This document shows positions 1 to 8,465 of a stretch of 64,000 nt of DNA, piece by piece. The notes under the pieces are model-generated. The model made no database searches. It was not told the origin of the DNA and was given only the letters and a program-made list of their open reading frames with translations. The translations under genes were made by a program, and so were the position numbers. The stretch comes from a bacterium. Its GTDB lineage: Bacteria > Patescibacteriota > Minisyncoccia > Sungbacterales > SURF-37. The first letter of the stretch is position 1. Each line of letters begins with the position of its first letter. The DNA lies in NCBI GenBank assembly GCA_030648055.1, contig JAUSHI010000002.1, positions 178 through 64,177 of the forward strand. Reading direction: 5' to 3'.

Positions 1-311
1 ACTACGATATGGGATCGACCTTACTACAAATGGCCAAGGAAGCGAGAAAGATTTATGTAAACCGAAGCAGTATTGAAATGGTCGACGACAAAAAACTGCT
101 TATGTCCCTTTTATTTTCGAACTCGACGATAAATGGCAAGAAAGTTGAGATTTCATACCACAAAGCCTTCAAAATGGTCTCCGACCGAGTAATGCAGATG
201 TTGGGAGAAAAGATAGACGAAAAAAACACTTTCGAACCGCCAAAAGAGCCCGTCAATAAAGGAAAAACACCAGCTTTCGCTGATGTTAATCCTATCTGGC
301 TCCCCGGGTAG
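1..311 (+). CDS. partial CDS (3' end only); tail resembles the C-terminus of large serine recombinases
   Basis: Frame is open from base 3 (..YDMGSTLLQ), so the gene enters from the left edge (track ORF 9..311). KKLLMSLLFSNSTINGKKVEISYHKAF matches my recalled pattern for serine-recombinase tails. No catalytic domain is in the window. The stop lies 15 nt inside the convergent tRNA-Asn. Confidence 0.35.
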   Translation, partial: YDMGSTLLQMAKEARKIYVNRSSIEMVDDKKLLMSLLFSNSTINGKKVEISYHKAFKMVSDRVMQMLGEKIDEKNTFEPPKEPVNKGKTPAFADVNPIWLPG

Positions 312-371
312 GGATCGAACCTACGACCGTCGCCTTAACAGGGCGCCGCTCTACCGCTGAGCTACCGGGGA
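297..371 (-). tRNA. tRNA-Asn (anticodon GUU), CCA encoded
   Basis: The reverse complement folds as a cloverleaf: acceptor TCCCCGG/CCGGGGA, D arm GCTC-AGCGGTA-GAGC, anticodon loop CTGTTAA, T arm GTAGG-TTCGATC-CCTAC, then G-CCA. Length 75 nt. Confidence 0.9.
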
Positions 372-496
372 ATAGTATTCACTTTTCGGTAGCGAAGCGA
401 TGGTGGGCCACCGTGGAAATACTTAATATATAGTGTAGCAATTTTTATTAAAACGCAAACTGTATTATACAATCCGCAATCCACCTACGCCAAAGT

Positions 497-534
497 TTCT
501 TACTCTGATGTTCTTGAGAACATCAGAGTAAGAA
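497..534. repeat. long palindrome, family variant (ttcttactctgatgttctTGagaacatcagagtaagaa)
   Basis: 18-nt perfectly complementary arms around a TTCTTGAGAA-type centre. It lies between tRNA-Asn and the 602 ORF. Confidence 0.8.
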
Positions 535-601
535 TATAAAAGATCCTGCCCGTACTTATCCACACTTCCATAAGGCGTTCTATTTATATATACTGGGGCT
601 A

Positions 602-997
602 ATGACAGAAGAAAAACGCCCCGAATTTAAAATTGATGTCGAGCAGGATGGTATTATTCATCTTTTGCTTTCGGGCCATATTAGTTCCGAGAACCTTCAG
701 GGATTGCGCACATGGGCTGAGGATGTTAAGAAAGTTGTTCGCGAAACACACGAAAAAACTGGCCGCAAGGCTCTTGTGGTAACCGATATTAGTAAATTAG
801 AAAATTATCATCCGGAAGCACTGAGTATCCTCGCTCAAATGTTGAAAGATAACGAACCGCATGTTGATAAATCGGCAACTTTTGGCGGAGGGTATTTTAT
901 TACGGTAGCGCAAGATATTGTCACCGCGCTTTCCGGCCGGGAAAATTTTAAAGGATTCAAAACGGAAGAAGAGGCGCTTAATTGGTTAAGGGAATAA
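602..997 (+). CDS. hypothetical protein, possibly STAS/SpoIIAA-like fold
   Basis: 131-aa ORF from the track. The assignment rests only on loose resemblance to STAS-type small alpha/beta proteins. Confidence 0.55.
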   Translation: MTEEKRPEFKIDVEQDGIIHLLLSGHISSENLQGLRTWAEDVKKVVRETHEKTGRKALVVTDISKLENYHPEALSILAQMLKDNEPHVDKSATFGGGYFITVAQDIVTALSGRENFKGFKTEEEALNWLRE

Positions 998-1025
998 AGC
1001 GCACCCCAGATTATTTTAAAAGAGC

Positions 1026-1619
1026 ATGATTACACGACTCATTGGTTTTGGTTTATTCGGGGGTTCTTTAAAAAATCAGCCTGAAAAAAATGAAATACCG
1101 ACGGAGGACGTAAAAACTACCCGCGCCCGTCAGGAAGTTATTGAATCAATTGAGGCGCGTCTCGGTGCTCGTCGCACTTTCGGGGAGCGTTTTGCCGATG
1201 TCCTTGTTAAGCTGTCCGGTAATTTTAGTTTTGCGATTTTGCACATCCTGGCGTTTGCGGCCTGGATTATTATTAACCTCGGCTTTGTTCCAGATGTTCC
1301 TGCGTTTGACCCTTATCCTTTCAATCTTCTTACCATGACTGTTTCGCTTGAGGCGATATTTCTTTCCATATTCGTGCTTATCAGTCAGAATCGGGAAACA
1401 AAAACAAGCGATCTTCGCCAGGAAGTTGATTTACAGGTGAACATGATTGCCGAGCGCGAAATCACAAAGCTTATTCATCTTGTCGCTTATCTTATGAAGC
1501 ATCTTAATGTGCCCTATGAAAAGGACCCTGAACTGAAGCACATGATGAAACCGCTGGATACCGAAGAAATCCGTTCTGAACTTGAGCGTCAACTCGGTCT
1601 TCCACATCAGCAGAAATAA
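1026..1619 (+). CDS. DUF1003-family membrane protein
   Basis: FGERFADVLVKLSGNFSFAILHILAFAAWIIINL...FDPYPFNLLTMTVSLEAIFLSIFVLISQNR is the typical DUF1003 core with two TM helices. Confidence 0.75.
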   Translation: MITRLIGFGLFGGSLKNQPEKNEIPTEDVKTTRARQEVIESIEARLGARRTFGERFADVLVKLSGNFSFAILHILAFAAWIIINLGFVPDVPAFDPYPFNLLTMTVSLEAIFLSIFVLISQNRETKTSDLRQEVDLQVNMIAEREITKLIHLVAYLMKHLNVPYEKDPELKHMMKPLDTEEIRSELERQLGLPHQQK

Positions 1620-1663
1620 AATGAGAAAAATCAGCTGTATCATCTATCGGATTTTTATTACTG

Positions 1664-1697
1664 TTCATTCCAACGTTCTTAAGAACGTTGGAATGAA
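1664..1697. repeat. palindrome family copy (ttcattccaacGttcttaagaaCgttggaatgaa)
   Basis: Perfect 34-nt palindrome 45 nt after the stop of the 1026..1619 ORF. It is followed by the conserved tail ATTTGGGTTTTTTGCGTTTAAACGCGG (1701-1727), which is also found at 6612-6639. Confidence 0.85.
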
Positions 1698-1806
1698 CTA
1701 ATTTGGGTTTTTTGCGTTTAAACGCGGCTCAATTTTATATTTAATGCAAAAATTTTAGCTGACATTTTGTGGGGCGCAGAGCAAATTGAATCAATTGTTC
1801 CTTATA

Positions 1807-1832
1807 AAAGCCGACATACGTCGGCCTTTTTT
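1807..1832 (+). terminator. intrinsic terminator with no ORF upstream
   Basis: GCCGAC-ATAC-GTCGGC hairpin followed by C-TTTTTT, with an A-tract upstream. Confidence 0.7.
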
Positions 1833-1861
1833 AATTACAGAGTTAAAAGATTGTACCCCAT

Positions 1862-1897
1862 CTTCATTCCAACATTCTTAAGAATGTTGGAATGAAG
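1862..1897. repeat. palindrome family copy (cttcattccaacattcttaagaatgttggaatgaag)
   Basis: Perfect 36-nt palindrome. Confidence 0.85.
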
Positions 1898-1967
1898 ACC
1901 TTATGTGTTAAAATCTTTGCATCGCCTTTTGTTGACATAAAATATTGTTTTTTGTTACGAATGAGAT

Positions 1968-2237
1968 ATGCAAAAACCACGCCATCTTGAACGAATTGTA
2001 AAGGGATTTTCAAACCATCGTCGCATTGAGATATTGCAACTTCTAAACAAACAGCCAGAGCTTTCGCTTTTTGATATTGCCGACACGCTAGGCATTAACA
2101 CTAAGACAGCACACGAACACATACGCCGTCTTGTGATTGCGGGTCTAGTCATGAAGCGTAGCGACGGCAAGGCGGTACGTCACGCGCTTTCAGAGGTTGG
2201 TAAAACCGTCTTTAAATTTTTGACAACCCTTGATTAA
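1968..2237 (+). CDS. ArsR-family winged-helix transcriptional regulator
   Basis: 89 aa. HRRIEILQLLNKQPELSLFDIADTLGINTKTAHEHIRRLVIAGLVMKR is a typical ArsR/SmtB HTH. Confidence 0.8.
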   Translation: MQKPRHLERIVKGFSNHRRIEILQLLNKQPELSLFDIADTLGINTKTAHEHIRRLVIAGLVMKRSDGKAVRHALSEVGKTVFKFLTTLD

Positions 2238-2246
2238 GGATCAAAA

Positions 2247-2278
2247 ACATTCCAACATTCTTAAGAATGTTGGAATGT
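2247..2278. repeat. palindrome family copy (acattccaacattcttaagaatgttggaatgt)
   Basis: Perfect 32-nt palindrome 10 nt after the ArsR stop. Confidence 0.85.
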
Positions 2279-2317
2279 AATAATTATATAAATAATTTAA
2301 ATTAATTAAAAAGTTTT

Positions 2318-2956
2318 ATGGAACAAAACGCAGAAATAAATTCGGAAGCATCAAAAAGTTCGCGAATAAAAAAGATTTTATTGTGGACAGTGGCGGTTGT
2401 CGTCGGCGCATTTATTGCGTTGGTTATTTACCGTATTCCGCACGCGATTGAACAGCAAAAGACCGCCGAGGTAGTGGCAAAAATTCATGCCACCAAACTT
2501 ACGTTAGACGATGTGATGGGGAAAAATCTGCCGCCCGAACCTGATCCGGCCGTGAAGGATGCCACTCTTGAAGGAGTTGACGCAAACGGCAATGGTATCC
2601 GCGATGATGTGGAACTCGCCATTTTCAAATTGCATCCTGATTCGGCTCGTATTCGCGCGGCAGAGTTGCAGTATGTGAAAGCATTGCAAATAGAATTGAC
2701 GACGGACGTTTTCAATTCGGAAACATTGGTGGCGACGGTTTGGGAAGAAAGTCGGGGATACTTTTGTATCGATAGAGCAATGCCTAATGTTATCGATTCA
2801 GTATTTTATTCAACGGTAGAAAAAGTCAAGGCCTTCGTCCTTAATACGGAATCACGAAAAAACAAAAAAGAAGAGATTCTAAAAAAATATATGAGTTCAC
2901 ATGCAAATCCTTCAGATAAATTTTGTGACATAGCTCTTAATACACTCCCTAATTAA
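2318..2956 (+). CDS. membrane-anchored hypothetical protein
   Basis: 212 aa with an N-terminal TM helix (ILLWTVAVVVGAFIALVIY). It has a DANGNGIRDDVE Ca-binding-like loop. The stop abuts the ATG of the next gene. Confidence 0.7.
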   Translation: MEQNAEINSEASKSSRIKKILLWTVAVVVGAFIALVIYRIPHAIEQQKTAEVVAKIHATKLTLDDVMGKNLPPEPDPAVKDATLEGVDANGNGIRDDVELAIFKLHPDSARIRAAELQYVKALQIELTTDVFNSETLVATVWEESRGYFCIDRAMPNVIDSVFYSTVEKVKAFVLNTESRKNKKEEILKKYMSSHANPSDKFCDIALNTLPN

Positions 2957-5900
2957 ATGAAGTTTTTTATTATAGTTTTAGCTGCAATTTTCTTGTTTTT
3001 ACCTTTTGGGGTATTTGCCTTATGTAGCTCCGACGGTTATACAATTGTATATATTAACGGCATTCGTACAAAGAGTATAGACGATGCAAACACCGACCTC
3101 AATGAGTTGCAAAGAAAATTTATAAAATATTCGTATTTAAATGGAGTCGTATTTCATACTGGTTACAATCCTTCGCACCTTGCCGGCGCGGGTGATCTAA
3201 TTGAGTCGGCATCTCAATTATTTGATTCTTCCGTAAGCGATTATGACTTCAAAAATATTCTTCTTCAGATATATCCGGAAGTGACGACACGGAAAATTCT
3301 TCTCGTGGGGCATTCGCAAGGAACTTTCTATGCTAATAAAATCCACGATTACCTTCTCGCGAACGGCGAAGAGAAAGGGGCGGTTGGTATATATAATGTT
3401 GCGACGCCAGATAGTTCTGTTGCGGGTTATGAAAATGTTCCAAGTCAAGGGGCATATCTTACTTCTCAAAACGATAAAGTTATCAATGCCGTGCGCGCAG
3501 TAGCTTTAAAAGTCGGAGCTAAGCAGCCACTTCCGGCGAACATTGATATCGCGCTTACTCCGCAGGAGGCTGCCGACCCTAATGGTGGCCATTCTTTTAG
3601 CGGTGTATATCTCTCTAACGCTCCGGTTCGCATGGTTTCTGAGATGGAAGACGCGCTTAACAAACTTAACGTATCGGAAGCTCAAGACATACAAGATGGC
3701 GTCGGTTGTTTTATTCCACCGCCGAAAAATTTTTCTTATCGTGTGCAACAAGGACTTTTTGCCGTTGCCGATCCTATGGCGAGCGGCGCAGTTTCTGCTT
3801 ATAATGCAGAGCAGGCCATGGGAACTGCTTTGGGTAACGCGCTTGCGGGCGCCGCGAAAGAAATAAAAAATACAGCAATGGTCCTTTTGGCGTTTAGACA
3901 AAACGCGCCGCAAGCCCCACAAACCGTTTTGCCAACAAGTTTGTCTCAAGTTATTTCAACGCCAGCTCCAAAGACTTCGCAAAAGGCAAACACCAACGAA
4001 ACCCAAATATTAGCGTCAGCGGAATCAATTACGGATAATGTCGGCGGTGCGTCAGATACGGTTTTTGAAAATAATGTTCCGGCGTTAACCCCTGATCCCG
4101 AAATCGCGAATAATCCATCACCGTCGGGTGGTGGTTCTTCCGGCGGTTTTCTTGGCAGTATTTCCGCTCCGGGAGCTGGGGCCGCGCCAGATCCGGTTAA
4201 TAGTTCTGTTTCAATTCAAGAAACATCCACTTCAACTCCGCCATCTCCACCGCCCCCTCCGCCTGCGGATACGGCCGCTCCGGATATTGCTTTTTCAATC
4301 AGTGAATGCGATTCGTCGCTTTCCAGCGATATATGTTTTTTAACTAATCCGGCACTGCATTTGTCGTGGTCGTCAAGCGCAAGTGATACAGATCACTTTG
4401 AAATTGTTTGTGAAGTAAACAGCTCGCCATGCGCGGGTCTTTCTTTTGCTCCGACCAGTGCTACATCAACAGAATATAGCGTGCCAACCGAAAAACAGAC
4501 ATACATTTTCAAAGCAAAAGCGGTTGATGTTACGGGTAATGCGAGTGTGGAAGTTATTCAGACAGTATCTTTCGCCGCAACGCCTGTTGTTATCAACGAA
4601 GTTGCTTGGATGGGAACCGGTTCTAGCGCGACCACAAACAAAGATGAATGGATTGAATTGTATAATTCCACTGATTACTCCGTAAATCTTTCCGGATTTT
4701 CAATTTTATTTTTAGCACCAGGAACAACAACTCCAGCGCAAACTATTTTGCTTACCAATACAATTCCCTCAAAAGGATTTTATTTGATTGAGCGCACAAA
4801 CGATACGGCGGTGTCGGATGTTGCCGCCGATCTTGTTTTTTCATTTGGCGCGAGTGGGCTTTTAAATAGCGGCATGATTTTGCGTCTTGAAAGAGGCGGG
4901 GCGATTATTGACCGTACGCCTGATCTCTGTAGTTCAGCATGGTGCGCCGGTTCATCATCAACATATCAGACAATGGAGCGGATTGGCCCCTTGGCGTCAG
5001 GTGATGGCGCGTCAAACTGGGGAACAGCTCTTAGTGAGTTTATTTTGAATGGCAAGAATGCCGACGGGCAAAATATTAAAGGTACGCCCAAAAAACGAAA
5101 CAGTAAAAATTATTTAATTAGTCAGACCGGCACGATTGTTCAAAATAAAACGCTTACAAAAGCCGATTCGCCGTATATTATTTTACAATCTGGCTTGACC
5201 GTACAATCGGGTGTTACGCTCACGATTGATCCTGGCGTGGTTATGAAATTTGTTGTGCCGAATGAGCCGGCATTAACAGTTAACGGCGCTATTAAATCAA
5301 ATGGAACCGCCGCGGAGCCGGTGGTGTTTACTACTTTTGCCGACGATATATACGGCGGCGATATGAATGCGGACGGTGTGTGTGATTTGGGGAACGCGTC
5401 TTCAACTGCTTCTTGTCCGGCAGTGGGAAGCTGGAAACAGATATTTATCAGCGCATTGAGCGTTGGTTCGGAGTTTCATAATACTATTGTTCGCTATGGC
5501 GGGAAGTGGTTTTCCAATATGACATTTCGCGGCATGGTGGATGTTGATTCAACGCCGGTGGTATTTGACGCGGCAACTTTTGAATACGCGGAACAATACG
5601 GGTTGCAGTTGAGCGCTTCCGACTCTCAGATACAGAACAGCGTTTTTCGTAACAATAATAAGTACAGTGATTCTATTGGGCTTTATGCTGTTGGCGGTTC
5701 GCCGGTTATTTCTCAAAATACTTTCCAGCAGAATAGAACCGGCCTTCAGCTTGTGGGCTCTTTGGCGACAGTAGGCGGCAATACTTTTACTGATAATAGT
5801 TCTTATGCTGTTTATTCATCGGGATTGGCCGGCATGTTTACACAAAACTCCGGTTCGGGTAACGGAAAAAATGGTATTTTGCTTTTTGGCCAGATTGTTG

Positions 5901-6538
5901 CTGTGGGGGCCACAACAACACTGGAAGCCAATTCCATTCCATATATAATTAGCAGTTCCGATGTAACTTTGCCTGGTGGCGCCGGATTAGTAGTGAATCC
6001 AGGAACTGAATTTAGGGGTGATTATGACGCGGCTTTAAACGTGAACGGAACGATGACTCTTGGCGGTGTTAATAAAAGCGATATAATTTTCACATCTCTT
6101 AGCGATTCTGCCTCGATATGGGGAGGGTGGAAAGGAATTTTAGTGAATGCCGGAGGATTTGTTTCCGGAGGAGGGTTTACTCTTCGTTATGGCGGCGGCT
6201 CTCCATCGGTTTGTCTTTCTTCTTGCGCCGGTTTCAGGATTAATGGCGGCAGAGTTGAGCTTACAAACGCATTGATTGAAAAAAATTATACGGCGGGAAT
6301 GAGGATTATTAACAGCGCTTCAACAACCCTTTCCAATTTTGAATTTAACCAGCACCGGACTCCGAGCGGCCAGTCTACCGGTTTAATCCTTTCAGGGTCC
6401 AGCATGGCTTTGGATAGCGCTTCATTTTCTGATAACGATTTCGGCATTTCTTCTAGCGCGTCTTCTATATCTTTGATGAATGCGCCGATTTTTATTAATA
6501 ATGGGGTTAACACATCTCCGGCGAATTTGTTTCCATAG
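2957..6538 (+). CDS. giant secreted multidomain protein: lipase-like alpha/beta hydrolase, Pro-rich linker, lamin-tail (LTD) domain, right-handed beta-helix repeats
   Basis: 1193 aa with a signal peptide. It has a nucleophile elbow LLVGHSQG and a PPSPPPPPP linker. The LTD signature is VVINEVAWMGT..DEWIELYN. Many NS/GG-rich parallel beta-helix-type repeats fill the C-terminal half. Confidence 0.85.
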   Translation: MKFFIIVLAAIFLFLPFGVFALCSSDGYTIVYINGIRTKSIDDANTDLNELQRKFIKYSYLNGVVFHTGYNPSHLAGAGDLIESASQLFDSSVSDYDFKNILLQIYPEVTTRKILLVGHSQGTFYANKIHDYLLANGEEKGAVGIYNVATPDSSVAGYENVPSQGAYLTSQNDKVINAVRAVALKVGAKQPLPANIDIALTPQEAADPNGGHSFSGVYLSNAPVRMVSEMEDALNKLNVSEAQDIQDGVGCFIPPPKNFSYRVQQGLFAVADPMASGAVSAYNAEQAMGTALGNALAGAAKEIKNTAMVLLAFRQNAPQAPQTVLPTSLSQVISTPAPKTSQKANTNETQILASAESITDNVGGASDTVFENNVPALTPDPEIANNPSPSGGGSSGGFLGSISAPGAGAAPDPVNSSVSIQETSTSTPPSPPPPPPADTAAPDIAFSISECDSSLSSDICFLTNPALHLSWSSSASDTDHFEIVCEVNSSPCAGLSFAPTSATSTEYSVPTEKQTYIFKAKAVDVTGNASVEVIQTVSFAATPVVINEVAWMGTGSSATTNKDEWIELYNSTDYSVNLSGFSILFLAPGTTTPAQTILLTNTIPSKGFYLIERTNDTAVSDVAADLVFSFGASGLLNSGMILRLERGGAIIDRTPDLCSSAWCAGSSSTYQTMERIGPLASGDGASNWGTALSEFILNGKNADGQNIKGTPKKRNSKNYLISQTGTIVQNKTLTKADSPYIILQSGLTVQSGVTLTIDPGVVMKFVVPNEPALTVNGAIKSNGTAAEPVVFTTFADDIYGGDMNADGVCDLGNASSTASCPAVGSWKQIFISALSVGSEFHNTIVRYGGKWFSNMTFRGMVDVDSTPVVFDAATFEYAEQYGLQLSASDSQIQNSVFRNNNKYSDSIGLYAVGGSPVISQNTFQQNRTGLQLVGSLATVGGNTFTDNSSYAVYSSGLAGMFTQNSGSGNGKNGILLFGQIVAVGATTTLEANSIPYIISSSDVTLPGGAGLVVNPGTEFRGDYDAALNVNGTMTLGGVNKSDIIFTSLSDSASIWGGWKGILVNAGGFVSGGGFTLRYGGGSPSVCLSSCAGFRINGGRVELTNALIEKNYTAGMRIINSASTTLSNFEFNQHRTPSGQSTGLILSGSSMALDSASFSDNDFGISSSASSISLMNAPIFINNGVNTSPANLFP

Positions 6539-6576
6539 TTTTTAGGCTGCGTTAAAATCTCAAAACGCTTACAAAC

Positions 6577-6606
6577 CATTCTCAAATTCTTAAGAATTTG
6601 AGAATG
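6577..6606. repeat. palindrome family copy with different arms (cattctcaaattcttaagaatttgagaatg)
   Basis: Perfect 30-nt palindrome 39 nt after the stop of the giant ORF, followed by the same conserved tail at 6612-6639. Confidence 0.85.
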
Positions 6607-6657
6607 AATTTATTTGGGGTTTCTTGCGTTTAAGCGCGGTGTGATATAACAAAGGTA

Positions 6658-7746
6658 ATGCGGATTATTTTTCATATTGATATGGACGCGTTTTTTGCCT
6701 CCGTTGAGGAGCGGGATAAGCCATGGCTGAAGGGCAAGCCGGTTGTGGTGGGTGCGGATCCGAAGCACGGCAAAGGACGGGGCGTGGTTTCAACCGCGAA
6801 CTACAAAGCGCGGGAATATGGGATTCATTCGGCGCAACCAATATCGGTCGCGTGGAGGTTGTCGGAAAATGCGGTAAGAGAAGGAAAACCGCGGGTGTAT
6901 TTTTTGGGTGGCGATTTTCAGTCATACGGAAAAGCATCCGGCGAGATAATGGCGATATTGCGGAAGCACGGCGATAAAATAGAGCCGGCTTCAATTGATG
7001 AGGCGTATTTGGATGTAACAAGCGCGGAAAGTTTTGAGAAGGCAGAAAAGCTCGCGCAAAAAATTAAAAATGAAATAAAAAAGAAAGAGCGTCTTACCGC
7101 TTCAATCGGCATCGGCCCGAATAAGCTCATTGCCAAGATGGCCTCCGGAATGAATAAGCCCGACGGGCTTACGGTTATTCAGCCCGAAGACGTTCAAAAA
7201 TTTCTTGACTCGCAACCGGTTGAAGCAATTCCTGGTATTGGCCCTAAGAGCGGAAGAATTTTAAAATTTAAGGGCATTAAAACTATTGCCGACCTTCGTA
7301 AGATGGCGCGCGCCGAACTTATCAAAGCATTCGGTAAATGTGGCGAGGGGATGGCGGAGAGCGCGAGAGGGGTTGATGACAGCGCGGTGACCGAAGAGCG
7401 CGAAACGAAATCAATCGGCGAGCAGGAAACATTTGAAAAAGATACGCTCGATCCCGGCATACTAATAAAAGCACTTCAAGGTTTGGCTGAAAGCGTTTTT
7501 AATTCGGTGCAAAAGGGAAAATTAATTTTTAAAACCGTTTCTATTGCGGTGCGCTTTGAAGATTTTGAGACCAAAAGCCGCGCGCATACTCTCAAAAAGG
7601 CGATTAGCGATAACAAAACTTTTGAAGCCGAGGCGCTAAAATTATTTTTACCGTTTTTAGACAGGCGAGAAAACCCAAAAAAGAAATTAATCCGCCTTAT
7701 TGGCGTCAGAGCCGAACACCTTCAGCGCCAAGGCGAACTTTTTTGA
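6658..7746 (+). CDS. dinB: DNA polymerase IV (Y-family)
   Basis: MRIIFHIDMDAFFASVEERD...VSTANYKAREYGIHSAQP and the full-length 362-aa layout are typical of DinB. Confidence 0.9.
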   Translation: MRIIFHIDMDAFFASVEERDKPWLKGKPVVVGADPKHGKGRGVVSTANYKAREYGIHSAQPISVAWRLSENAVREGKPRVYFLGGDFQSYGKASGEIMAILRKHGDKIEPASIDEAYLDVTSAESFEKAEKLAQKIKNEIKKKERLTASIGIGPNKLIAKMASGMNKPDGLTVIQPEDVQKFLDSQPVEAIPGIGPKSGRILKFKGIKTIADLRKMARAELIKAFGKCGEGMAESARGVDDSAVTEERETKSIGEQETFEKDTLDPGILIKALQGLAESVFNSVQKGKLIFKTVSIAVRFEDFETKSRAHTLKKAISDNKTFEAEALKLFLPFLDRRENPKKKLIRLIGVRAEHLQRQGELF

Positions 7747-7753
7747 AAAGTTC

Positions 7754-7781
7754 ATTCCAACATTCTTAAGAATGTTGGAAT
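7754..7781. repeat. palindrome family copy (attccaacattcttaagaatgttggaat)
   Basis: Perfect 28-nt palindrome 8 nt after the dinB stop. Confidence 0.85.
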
Positions 7782-7857
7782 TATGAAGGATTTCTTGAAA
7801 AACAAAAGCCCGCAAGAGGGCGGGCAGGATATAAAAAAGAAAGAATAAGGAAGAAAG

Positions 7858-8043
7858 TTACATGCTTGGCCTGCTTTGCATCGAGGCGTGAAGTTTGATT
7901 GCATCCGCAATCTCTTTCATGGCGGCCGCTTGCGCAAGAGTTGCGTAGGCGAGTGCTAAACGCGTGTCTGCTCCGTTGTATTGTTTATAATTCGTTAATG
8001 CTTCGATGGCTTTGTCGCGAAGCTCTCGGAAACAAGACTTCAT
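7858..8043 (-). CDS. small hypothetical protein (61 aa)
   Basis: An internal ATG (MKSCFRELRD..) is preceded by AAGGAGGAAT. The longer track ORF 7858..8106 lacks an RBS. Confidence 0.5.
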   Translation of the reverse strand: MKSCFRELRDKAIEALTNYKQYNGADTRLALAYATLAQAAAMKEIADAIKLHASMQSRPSM

Positions 8044-8250
8044 GTTTTTATTCCTCCTTGGTTTATTTTTAAATAACAATTTTATTAGTTGCATTTTTTC
8101 GCGCACAAGTCAAGGGGTTGTACGGTTAACCTTATAAGGCGACAATCTTGCGTGATTGAGGCGAGCTTTTTTGAAAATTGACCGCGGAATCCGTTTTCTG
8201 CTACATTTGGGTCAAGCACCTTGAATGTAAATATTACGGAGGCAACTCGG

Positions 8251-8409
8251 ATGACTACATGCCCCATCTGCGCGAATTACCGAACGGAAGAAGTAAATTT
8301 CGTGACACGGCGATGCCCACGGTGCGATTTTTCGTGGAATCCATGGGCGTACCACTGGGCGATTGAAAAGGCGGTGCAGGCGTATTTCAGAAGGAGGGCT
8401 AACGGATGA
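8251..8409 (+). CDS. small zinc-ribbon protein (52 aa)
   Basis: CPIC...CPRC pair. The ATG at 8251 is preceded by GGAGG with 8-nt spacing. Confidence 0.5.
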   Translation: MTTCPICANYRTEEVNFVTRRCPRCDFSWNPWAYHWAIEKAVQAYFRRRANG

Positions 8410-8430
8410 TAGCGAAAAAACGGATAAATA

Positions 8431-8460
8431 AAAAATCCCTGCGAGTGCAGGGTTTTTTTC
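8431..8460. terminator. bidirectional intrinsic terminator
   Basis: AAAAAATCCCTGC-GAGT-GCAGGGTTTTTTT lies between the convergent 8251..8409 and acyl-CoA dehydrogenase genes. Confidence 0.7.
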
Positions 8461-8465
8461 TTTTT

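Noticed and set aside
556-564. Perfect DnaA boxes TTATCCACA at 556-564, 9770-9778 and (reverse) 47995-48003, as a possible oriC
   Set aside because: They are tens of kb apart, not clustered. No dnaA or dnaN is nearby, and no AT-rich unwinding element lies next to a box cluster. They may be regulatory at most.
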